Virus record (IMG/VR): IMGVR_UViG_3300020043_002555
Location: 1-29,793 of that record
Direction: 5' to 3' (one strand)
From: a virus
Lineage: Duplodnaviria > Caudoviricetes
Length of the DNA stretch: 29,793 nucleotides
A program made the position numbers and the translations under genes. Numbering within the stretch: the stretch's first letter is position 1; each line of letters opens with the position of its first letter. A model generated the notes under the pieces. It was not told the DNA's origin. It saw only the letters and a program-made list of their open reading frames with translations, and did no database searches. Below are positions 16,446 to 23,767 of this stretch, in pieces.

Positions 16446-16475
16446 CAAATATAGAAATAAATTTTAATAAGTCAA
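16446..16475 (-). promoter_or_regulatory. Consensus Bacteroidota sigma70 promoter (leftward, early)
   Basis: Minus strand reads TTG-ACTTATTAAAATTTATTTC (19 nt)-TATATTTG. Confidence 0.85.
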
Positions 16476-16574
16476 CAAAAAAATTAAAATATTTTTAGTT
16501 TTCCAATGTTTATGCGGGTTTCAAGATGCATTTTTTTTTGTGAATGGTATCAAAATTGTGTTTAATTTAGTCCA

Positions 16575-16970
16575 ATGAAAGGAAAAATTCTCCAATCAAT
16601 GAAGCCAAGAGCCAAAAAACCATTGGCAGGAGAGGCAGGAGTACAGGTTGCAATCATTCAATATATTAAAATGCAATATCCAAATGCGTTGTATTGTGCA
16701 AGTGCAGGGGGAATGTTCACATCAATGAAGCAGGCGATTAAAATGAAAATGACTGGATATGTCAAGGGATTCCCTGATTTGCAAATCTGCGAACCAAACG
16801 AAAAATATCATGGTTTATTCATTGAGGTCAAGACTGAAAAGGGTGTGGTGAGCAAAGAACAAAAGGAATGGATAAAGCAATTGAACAAACGTGGCTATTA
16901 TGCTACTTATGTAAAAGGTAGCGAAGAAGCTATAAAAGTAATTGATGCATATTTCAAAAACGCAATATGA
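16575..16970 (+). CDS. VRR-NUC domain nuclease (PD-(D/E)xK; possible resolvase)
   Basis: E...Q, GYVKGFPDL, LFIEVK, S.EQKEW and L...GY motifs. Confidence 0.9.
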   Translation: MKGKILQSMKPRAKKPLAGEAGVQVAIIQYIKMQYPNALYCASAGGMFTSMKQAIKMKMTGYVKGFPDLQICEPNEKYHGLFIEVKTEKGVVSKEQKEWIKQLNKRGYYATYVKGSEEAIKVIDAYFKNAI

Positions 16971-17427
16971 CCAGCACCGCAGGTTAGCCATTAATCTTTG
17001 CTGTGGCAACGTATACGAAGCGGATGATCTGCTGCACGATACTCTTTTATGCATCTTTGAGAATGGCAATGAGATAAGGAATAGTGAACACTACATCAAT
17101 CACGCACTTAAAATAGCGCACTGGTCAAATCGTTCACACTACCACAACACAATCAGGAAATTCAACCAGATGTCCGATGAACCAACCGAGTCACAATTGC
17201 GTGACTACGAATCGGTAACGGTATGGCTTGGGGATAGGATAACCAATGAGCAACTTGATATTTTGATTTCAAGACTTCCATTCTTTGAAAGGGAGGTGTT
17301 TTATCTTTACGCATTAAACGATTTTTCATATAATGATTTGAGCATTGATACTGGCATACCAAAGAAAGTCCTTTATAACGCCGTTAAATACGCAAAAAAC
17401 GAAATTAAAAAAGCAATAGTGATATGA
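16945..17427 (+). CDS. ECF-like RNA polymerase sigma factor
   Basis: Region 2-like ADDLLHDTLL and region 4 LP..EREVF.LY....SY..LS..TGI. Confidence 0.75.
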   Translation: MHISKTQYDQHRRLAINLCCGNVYEADDLLHDTLLCIFENGNEIRNSEHYINHALKIAHWSNRSHYHNTIRKFNQMSDEPTESQLRDYESVTVWLGDRITNEQLDILISRLPFFEREVFYLYALNDFSYNDLSIDTGIPKKVLYNAVKYAKNEIKKAIVI

Positions 17428-17915
17428 ATAAAATCATTGAGATGGCCAATATGCGAATGGCTATTTGTCGAGAGTGTCCCGTCTACAATTCGACAACCCG
17501 AACGTGCGGAACTCCACTCAACAAGCTAAACCCATTTGCTACACCTGTAACACTTGATGGAGTCACCTTCAAACCTTGCGGATGTTTTCTCGACCTTAAA
17601 ACAAAGATGACCTTTCAAGACTGCCCCGCAGGTAAATGGCCTGTTGTTGTGGATGCAGAAAAGAAAGCACAAGCAAAGGAGTTAGTTCAATCGGTAAAGG
17701 CAACCAATTTACTCACTGATCCACAGCGCAGGTTGTTGGCTGAATTTGATGAGATGATGAAGGGCAGCAAAGGCAAGGTGAGTAGTTGTGTGCCTTGTGT
17801 TAAAAAGATGGTGGATGATTTGCACAATCAACTCAAAAGTGAGGAGGTGCTACTTAATACAGAAGAAACCCCACAACAGAAAAAACGTGGAAGAAGAAAA
17901 CGTAAACCTGAATAG
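17424..17915 (+). CDS. Cys-rich (Zn-binding-like) protein with a basic tail
   Basis: CRECP, C, CGC, CPAGKW and SSCVPC motifs; ends KKRGRRKRK. Confidence 0.75.
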   Translation: MNKIIEMANMRMAICRECPVYNSTTRTCGTPLNKLNPFATPVTLDGVTFKPCGCFLDLKTKMTFQDCPAGKWPVVVDAEKKAQAKELVQSVKATNLLTDPQRRLLAEFDEMMKGSKGKVSSCVPCVKKMVDDLHNQLKSEEVLLNTEETPQQKKRGRRKRKPE

Positions 17916-17917
17916 CG

Positions 17918-18118
17918 ATGATCAACCTTTTGCATTCTTTTTTTATGTGGTATTCAATGACCGCATTATTACTTACTGGCTTGACGCTGGCAGCAATCCG
18001 ATACCACTACCTACCTTTTACTCGTGAAAATATATTGGGAGTAATCTTTACTGCCGTTTGTTGGCCAGTGGTATTGGCAATGACAATTGTAGAAATATTT
18101 AGAAATAATGAGAATTAG
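17918..18118 (+). CDS. Small two-TM membrane protein
   Basis: Two hydrophobic helices with a WP motif. Confidence 0.65.
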   Translation: MINLLHSFFMWYSMTALLLTGLTLAAIRYHYLPFTRENILGVIFTAVCWPVVLAMTIVEIFRNNEN

Positions 18119-18419
18119 TTTTGATTTTGACGATACTTTGTCCACAAAGAAGGGGCAAGAATTAGCGGCTCAAAAAATCGCTGAAAATAACGAGGTGTGG
18201 ATTATTACTGCAAGACAATCAAAAGATAGCGCAGAAGTCCTTAAAATCGCTGATAATTTGGGTATTCCCCACTCCCGAGTTGTGTTCACCAATGGGAAAG
18301 ACAAATGGTCATTTGTTATGCGCCACAAGATTGATGTGCATTATGACAATAATCAGGAGCAAATTGACAAAATCAACAAGAATACATTGGCCAAAGGTGT
18401 TTTGTTTGTGAATAACTAA
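18108..18419 (+). CDS. Minimal capless HAD-superfamily phosphatase
   Basis: SFDFDDTL (motif I), IITAR (II), K (III) and HYDNN (IV). Confidence 0.85.
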   Translation: MRISFDFDDTLSTKKGQELAAQKIAENNEVWIITARQSKDSAEVLKIADNLGIPHSRVVFTNGKDKWSFVMRHKIDVHYDNNQEQIDKINKNTLAKGVLFVNN

Positions 18420-18444
18420 GTAGGCAACCATTTAACTGAATTAC

Positions 18445-18452
18445 TATCTTTG
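18445..18452 (+). promoter_or_regulatory. Bacteroidota -7 box TATCTTTG inside an inverted repeat
   Basis: Matches TAnnTTTG and is flanked by TTAACTGAA/TTCAGTTAA; no clean -33 TTG. Confidence 0.55.
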
Positions 18453-18474
18453 TAGTGTTCAGTTAACAGTGTAC

Positions 18475-18530
18475 TCCCCCTTTGATTTTGGTAACTGAAC
18501 ATTATCTAAATCATTGGGGGATTCTCTTTT
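18475..18530 (+). terminator. Long imperfect hairpin with U-rich tail (terminator/attenuator)
   Basis: TCCCCC-TT-TGATTTTGGTAA / TTATCTAAATCA-TT-GGGGGA followed by TTCTCTTTT. Confidence 0.6.
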
Positions 18531-18653
18531 ATGAATCAATTAAAATTATTCTCCTTGGGCATTGGGAGATGCAACAGCCAAACTTGCAGAACATCACTGC
18601 TTGGATCAGGTAAATTCGCTATTTGCGAAATTGTTTGTTTTTCTTGGGGGGCT

Positions 18654-18709
18654 TTTTCTTTTCTTTCTTTTTCTTTTTTACCTTTTTTTCTTTTTCTTTC
18701 TTTTCTTTT
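18654..18709. repeat. Perfect 26-bp homopyrimidine mirror repeat with a 4-nt spacer (H-DNA motif)
   Basis: T4CT4CT3CT5CT6-ACCT-T6CT5CT3CT4CT4. Confidence 0.92.
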
Positions 18710-18726
18710 GAGTTATATTTACTCTT

Positions 18727-18744
18727 ATATATTAATTAATATAT
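18727..18744. repeat. Perfect 18-bp AT-only palindrome
   Basis: ATATATTAATTAATATAT. Confidence 0.9.
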
Positions 18745-18746
18745 TT

Positions 18747-19094
18747 ATGTTTATCTTAAAATTATTTGATAGGTTAGGAAATGAAATAAATGAAGGAGAT
18801 ATTGTAAAAATATCAAATAGAGGTTATTTCAATTTTTTTTGTGAAGTGAAATTTATTGAAAAAGAAATGATTATTACTCCATTTCACACTTTTTCCTTTC
18901 ATTCGTTTGAAAAAGTTAGTGAAGTTCCAAAAGAAGCTATTTTAAGTTCTGAAAAAAGATATAATGTTTGGTATTTATATGATGAAGATGCACAAAAAGA
19001 CATTAACCATTCAGATTTTGAAAATTATTTAATGAGTTGGCGAGAATCTGAATACCATATAGATCAAAAATCTTATAGAATAGAAAGAATATGA
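18747..19094 (+). CDS. Hypothetical AT-rich protein with a YopX-like D..GNEI.EGDIV motif (likely start 18747)
   Basis: The upstream in-frame part from 18531 only translates the pyrimidine tract; ATGA overlap with the next gene. Confidence 0.7.
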   Translation: MFILKLFDRLGNEINEGDIVKISNRGYFNFFCEVKFIEKEMIITPFHTFSFHSFEKVSEVPKEAILSSEKRYNVWYLYDEDAQKDINHSDFENYLMSWRESEYHIDQKSYRIERI

Positions 19095-19447
19095 TAATAC
19101 TACCTGCTCAAATCGAATCAATCAAAAGTCGCAAGGATAGAACTACTGCCATTGTCATTGGCACTAATGAACTTACACCTACTCAGGCAGGGCAAATATT
19201 CTCTCTTCAAAATTCATTTGTTTATTGCGCTCTAAAAGAAGAAGAATTCGCTACTAATGAAAGGGATATTCTCAATGACTTAAAAGCTGATTTCGAGATT
19301 GAAAAGAAAAGCAATGGTCAAAGGTTAAGGAATGTCCTCTATAAACTATATGAGCAGGACAAAGAAGGCTTCCTTACATTCACCAAATATTATGATCACA
19401 AGATGGAGCAGTTAATAAACCATTTCAAAACTAAGTTGGAGATATGA
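19091..19447 (+). CDS. Conserved hypothetical phage protein
   Basis: 118 aa with KS..QRLRNVLY...F..YY..KME pattern; ATGA overlaps on both sides. Confidence 0.8.
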   Translation: MIILPAQIESIKSRKDRTTAIVIGTNELTPTQAGQIFSLQNSFVYCALKEEEFATNERDILNDLKADFEIEKKSNGQRLRNVLYKLYEQDKEGFLTFTKYYDHKMEQLINHFKTKLEI

Positions 19448-19806
19448 AAAAACAGATTGAACAAGTACGTGAATTCAGGAAGGCATTTAACCTATCAATG
19501 AGCGTTCACGATTGTGACCATAACTTGCACTGTGATTTGGTGGATGAAGAATTGCAAGAGATGGCAGGTGCTAACAATAACGTTGAGATAGCCGATGCGA
19601 TTATAGATCAAATGTACTTACTCATTGGCTATGCTATCAATCTTCAAATTGAAGACAAATTAGAGGCACTATTTGATGAGGTGCATAGGTCTAATATGTC
19701 GAAGCTGGATAAGGATGGTCAACCAATCTATCGTGAAGATGGTAAGGTAATGAAGGGTGAGAATTATTCTCTGCCAAATCTTAAAGATATTTTAGTAACA
19801 TTGTAA
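19444..19806 (+). CDS. MazG-like NTP pyrophosphohydrolase (DR2231-type)
   Basis: EELQE, EIADAIID, EVHRSNMSK and REDGKVMKG motifs. Confidence 0.88.
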   Translation: MKKQIEQVREFRKAFNLSMSVHDCDHNLHCDLVDEELQEMAGANNNVEIADAIIDQMYLLIGYAINLQIEDKLEALFDEVHRSNMSKLDKDGQPIYREDGKVMKGENYSLPNLKDILVTL

Positions 19807-19827
19807 TTATCAATAGCTTACAACATT

Positions 19828-20118
19828 ATGCCATTTGAAAAAGGAAAATCGGGAAACCCTAACGGAAAGCCGGTAGGGGCAAAAGGTCAAAAGACTTTAC
19901 AATGGGAGGCACTTGGCGAGTCAATCACAGGTCAACAAGCGGAGCAGTTTAATGCCTTTATGGATAAGCTTTGGAATAGTCGCAATGATGAAGACAAGAT
20001 GATAGCATCCGAACTTTACCTAAAGACTTTGGAATATTTCAAACCTAAACAAGCGAGAAACACAATCGTGGGTGATGGAGATGCACCAGTGCAAATAATC
20101 ATATCGGACAAATTGTAA
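19828..20118 (+). CDS. Terminase small subunit (putative)
   Basis: MPFEKGKSGNPNGKP N-terminus, LEYFKPK, and a C-terminal beta strand. Confidence 0.65.
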   Translation: MPFEKGKSGNPNGKPVGAKGQKTLQWEALGESITGQQAEQFNAFMDKLWNSRNDEDKMIASELYLKTLEYFKPKQARNTIVGDGDAPVQIIISDKL

Positions 20119-20135
20119 GAAATTCACTGAACAAA

Positions 20136-20366
20136 ATGAGAGCCATTATTGAATTTGATTTAGATGAGCCTACCGATATTGAGGCGCATAAGCGTTTCAC
20201 CAATTTGAATGGGGTGTATATTGCGATATGGGAATTTGACCAAGAGATGCGGTCTCAAATTAAATACAACTCACAAAACTATACAGGTGAGCAACTTGAC
20301 GCACTGGATAAGCTACGTTCAAAGTTCTACGAAATACTAAATGACAATAACGTAAAAATTGACTAA
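20136..20366 (+). CDS. Conserved hypothetical phage protein
   Basis: M.AIIEFDL...WEFDQ..R..IKY pattern, 76 aa. Confidence 0.75.
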   Translation: MRAIIEFDLDEPTDIEAHKRFTNLNGVYIAIWEFDQEMRSQIKYNSQNYTGEQLDALDKLRSKFYEILNDNNVKID

Positions 20367-20542
20367 TGGATCAAGACCAAGCAAAAGACCAAGCCAAACA
20401 CACGTACACTATGTGCGTTTTATTTGGGTTATGGCTACAACAAAAGGAGCAACGTAAAAGACTTTCTAAAACTGAGATGAGTATACTATTCGATGAATGG
20501 ATTAACAAGGTATTGGAGGAGGTGAACAATGCAAAAGATTAA
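20366..20542 (+). CDS. Hypothetical protein, 58 aa (not in ORF track)
   Basis: MDQDQAKDQAKHTYTMCVLFGLWLQQKEQRKRLSKTEMSILFDEWINKVLEEVNNAKD; TAATG overlap upstream and a 14-nt overlap downstream. Confidence 0.65.
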   Translation: MDQDQAKDQAKHTYTMCVLFGLWLQQKEQRKRLSKTEMSILFDEWINKVLEEVNNAKD

Positions 20543-21107
20543 AATATCCCTTGACTATAACACCATCACTGTCAAGCAGTATGTTGACTTCTTGAATAAT
20601 GAAGGCAATGATGTAGGTCAAGTGTCCGCAATTCTCGGACAATCAAAAGACTTCGTTAGGCAATTGACTCCAGAAGATATGGAGAAAGCAATAAGCACAT
20701 TTCGTGAGGTCATTGCTAACCCATTGGCTAATCACCAACACAAATGGAAGGGTTATGGATTTATCCCTGACATCAATAAGATTTCATTTGGTGAATGGCT
20801 TGACCTTGATACCAACTGCAAAGACTTTCCAAAGAACCTTCCCAAGTTACTTTCAATCCTTTACCGACCCATTTCATCTGAGATAGGAACGAAATATAAG
20901 ATTGAGCAATACACTGCGGATCATCTATCCAATGCAAAGGACTTTGAGCAAATGCCTTTGTCCATTGCAAATGGTGCGTTGCTTTTTTTTTCGACTATCG
21001 AAAGCGAATTAGTGACCACTTCCCTCTCGTATTTAGAATCGCAGATTCAGGAGAACCTGACGAAGGCGATGAAGATGATGGAGGAGGAGTTGCAACAAGT
21101 GAACTAG
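20529..21107 (+). CDS. Tail assembly chaperone (gpG-like)
   Basis: ITVKQY, GFIPD...SFGEWLDLD, LYRP and GALLFF motifs with an in-frame slippery T9 run. Confidence 0.7.
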   Translation: MQKIKISLDYNTITVKQYVDFLNNEGNDVGQVSAILGQSKDFVRQLTPEDMEKAISTFREVIANPLANHQHKWKGYGFIPDINKISFGEWLDLDTNCKDFPKNLPKLLSILYRPISSEIGTKYKIEQYTADHLSNAKDFEQMPLSIANGALLFFSTIESELVTTSLSYLESQIQENLTKAMKMMEEELQQVN

Positions 21108-21274
21108 CGGAAAGATACGGATGGTTTCACGTTATCGAAGAACTTGCAGATAGAGATGTGACTAAATTCGATGCAATAACAGAGACACAAGCGTCAACCA
21201 TATTCGCCCATCTATCGTATCGGTTAGATTATTACAACTATCAAAAACAATTGATGACTAAAAATGACCATTAA
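20529..21274 (+). CDS. Tail assembly chaperone -1 frameshift product (gpGT-like, about 248 aa)
   Basis: CTT TTT TTT TCG at 20982-20993; the -1 frame is open to TAA 21272-21274, has no own start and fills the gap to the next gene. Confidence 0.8.
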
Positions 21275-21289
21275 AGCTACTTAACTAAT

Positions 21290-22051
21290 ATGAGCGCATC
21301 ATCACTTTACACTTACAATGTTGTTATTGGTAAATTCAACGAATTCGCCAATAGCCACGCATTGTTACGCAGGTTCACACACGGACAAATATCACAAGCT
21401 GACCTTGAAAAAGAAGGCGAGTGGCCTTGGATGCACGTGACCCCTACTTCATTTTCATTTGATGCAGGTGCGTTGACCTATTCATTTGATGTTTATTTCG
21501 CAGATTTACCACGTGACAAAGAAGATAAGACCGAGTATCAGCGTCAATCAATGAGCGAGTGCATCCAGTTGGCAGGTGATTTTGTTGCTATGTTGGAGAA
21601 TGGCTCTATATTCGATGAGTCGGTAGTACTTGGAAAACCAATAAGCGCACAGCCTTTCATTGAAGAATTTAGCCACGTGCTAACAGGTGTGCAGTTGTCC
21701 ATTGACATCACAGTGGATTATGAGTGGAACGCTTGTGAGATACCTTATGGTAAGCAAACGATTAGCGTGTATACTCAGGTGATTGATTTTAATTCGACAC
21801 CAATGAATAGCATTGTTTACAATTGTGATGGCAGTTATGCTGCGGCTTGTTATGGAACGAACCAAAACAATATCACCGATTTTGTGACTATGTTAAATAG
21901 TGATCCACCTGTTCAAAACAATGCGTGTTTCTTAAACTATGGTACTTACTTCGACAATGGAGATGGGCGAGTGAGATGCGAAATGCCTATTGCAGTTGCA
22001 AATACTTTTTGTGCAGGTGGTGAGATTACGTTAGAAGCAATTTACGATTGA
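21290..22051 (+). CDS. Tail terminator/completion-like protein with a Cys-rich C-terminal extension
   Basis: About 153-aa alpha/beta core (WPWMHV, PFIEEF...TG, ACEIP) followed by about 100 extra aa. Confidence 0.55.
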   Translation: MSASSLYTYNVVIGKFNEFANSHALLRRFTHGQISQADLEKEGEWPWMHVTPTSFSFDAGALTYSFDVYFADLPRDKEDKTEYQRQSMSECIQLAGDFVAMLENGSIFDESVVLGKPISAQPFIEEFSHVLTGVQLSIDITVDYEWNACEIPYGKQTISVYTQVIDFNSTPMNSIVYNCDGSYAAACYGTNQNNITDFVTMLNSDPPVQNNACFLNYGTYFDNGDGRVRCEMPIAVANTFCAGGEITLEAIYD

Positions 22052-23580
22052 TGAAAAAGCTGCAATACACAACCAATGATCCATCTGCAACCACTGACTA
22101 TTTAGCGGCTGACAACACTTGGAAAACTATTCCAGGTGGTGGGGGTGGTAGTGGAATTCCACACGGCACAACATCAGGAACAGATACCTATACCACAACC
22201 ATTAGCGGTGTAACTTCATTAAGTGATGGAGATGCGTTTCTGATTCGATTCGCTACTGGCAATACAACAAGCTGTACCTTGAATATCAATTCACTTGGTG
22301 CTGTTGATTTGTACCGGAACAATGATGGTGCATTAATCGGAGGTGATATTATAGATGGCGCTGAAATGCTATGCGTTTACAACTCATCTACTAACCGATT
22401 TCAAGTTATTGGAACTGCGCCAAATACATTGCTTGCCTATGTGACCAATGCAGAATCTACAAGCATAACCAAAGGTCAGGCGGTGTATGCATTTGGTGGG
22501 CAGGGTGACCGCTTAAAAGTAAAGTTAGCCTACAATACAAGCGATGCGACATCGGCACAGACAGTTGGTATCGTATTGAGTACATCAATTGCAGCCAATC
22601 AAAAGGGATTAATCATCATTAATGGCCAATTGGATGGACTTAGCTTATTCCCAACTTCAACGTGGGCGGATGGTGATGCGGTATATCTTGGAGCAACAGC
22701 AGGAAGTGTGACCAAAACCAAACCAGTCGCACCTAATCATCTTGTATATCTTGGATTCGTAACCACTGCAAATAATGGCAGTGCAGGGAGAATGTATGTA
22801 AGGGTGCAGAATGGATATGAGATGGATGAACTCCACAACGTGAGTGCGGTATCACCTAATAACAATGATATATTAAAGTACAATACTGCGACTTCTTTGT
22901 GGGAAACAAGTAACGCACTAAGCACTAAACAAGATACAATTACAGGTGCTGCATCAACTGTTGTGAGCAGTAATTTGAGCAATGGAATTGTAGTGGTGAG
23001 CGATGGTGGTGGAAAGATTGCGAGCAGTGGAATATATAGTTATGAATTGGGGTACTTAAGTGGTGCAACATCAAATATTCAAACGCAATTAAACGCTAAG
23101 CAAGGGACAATCACACTCACCACAACTGGCACAAGTGGTGCAGCAACTTTAATAGGTAATACTTTAAATGTACCGCAGTATGCTGGAACATCAAAAAGTA
23201 TATTAAATCAAAATCACGGGGGAATAGCTATTAATGCAGTTACTACCACTTATGGCGGTTGGTCAGGTGCTACAACTTTTGTAAATTCAGCGAGTGAATT
23301 TACTCGAAATACAATGCTTCCATTAAACGGAACTATCAATAATTGGGCGGTGAATGTAAACGCACAACCTGCCAGTGGAAGTCTTGTTTTTACATTAAGA
23401 GTAAATGCAGTTGATACCTCAATGACTATTACAGTAGCAGCAGGAAGCACAACGGGTAAATATTACAATACAACCTCAAATATATCAGTTGTTCAAGGTG
23501 ATTTAATAACTTTCAAAGTCGTAAATAATGCATCTGCAGCTAATGCACTTGTAGGTAATTCAATAATGTATGAGGTATAA
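22051..23580 (+). CDS. Tail fiber / receptor-binding protein
   Basis: Thr/Ser/Gly-rich modular protein with fiber-type motifs (YLAADNTW, TLNINSLGA, LGYLSGATSNIQTQLNAKQ) and a beta-rich C-terminal domain. Confidence 0.75.
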   Translation: MKKLQYTTNDPSATTDYLAADNTWKTIPGGGGGSGIPHGTTSGTDTYTTTISGVTSLSDGDAFLIRFATGNTTSCTLNINSLGAVDLYRNNDGALIGGDIIDGAEMLCVYNSSTNRFQVIGTAPNTLLAYVTNAESTSITKGQAVYAFGGQGDRLKVKLAYNTSDATSAQTVGIVLSTSIAANQKGLIIINGQLDGLSLFPTSTWADGDAVYLGATAGSVTKTKPVAPNHLVYLGFVTTANNGSAGRMYVRVQNGYEMDELHNVSAVSPNNNDILKYNTATSLWETSNALSTKQDTITGAASTVVSSNLSNGIVVVSDGGGKIASSGIYSYELGYLSGATSNIQTQLNAKQGTITLTTTGTSGAATLIGNTLNVPQYAGTSKSILNQNHGGIAINAVTTTYGGWSGATTFVNSASEFTRNTMLPLNGTINNWAVNVNAQPASGSLVFTLRVNAVDTSMTITVAAGSTTGKYYNTTSNISVVQGDLITFKVVNNASAANALVGNSIMYEV

Positions 23581-23767
23581 TATAACTGAAAATAATGGTG
23601 TAACAACTATTCATGTGTTGAATTACAATATCTTTTTCGCATTCGATGCGAGTGATGATTACGCACCATTCAGGAACGCATTAATTGACAAAGGAATAGA
23701 TGCCTTTGTTGATCTTTTGATAGCAGATAGTAACACCGCATTCTTAACTTTTACCAATGGCTACTAA
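23570..23767 (+). CDS. Small protein downstream of the fiber (possible fiber chaperone)
   Basis: 65 aa, overlapping both neighbours. Confidence 0.6.
   Translation: MRYNITENNGVTTIHVLNYNIFFAFDASDDYAPFRNALIDKGIDAFVDLLIADSNTAFLTFTNGY

Noticed and set aside
16538-16570. Rightward promoter for the VRR-NUC/sigma operon
   Set aside because: One is expected here, but the best match (TTG...TAATTTAG) deviates from consensus, so it was not called.
18531-18746. N-terminal 72 aa of the 187-aa ORF, an apparent Phe/Ser/Leu membrane segment
   Set aside because: It is just the translation of the stop-free pyrimidine tract; the ATG at 18747 is the better start.
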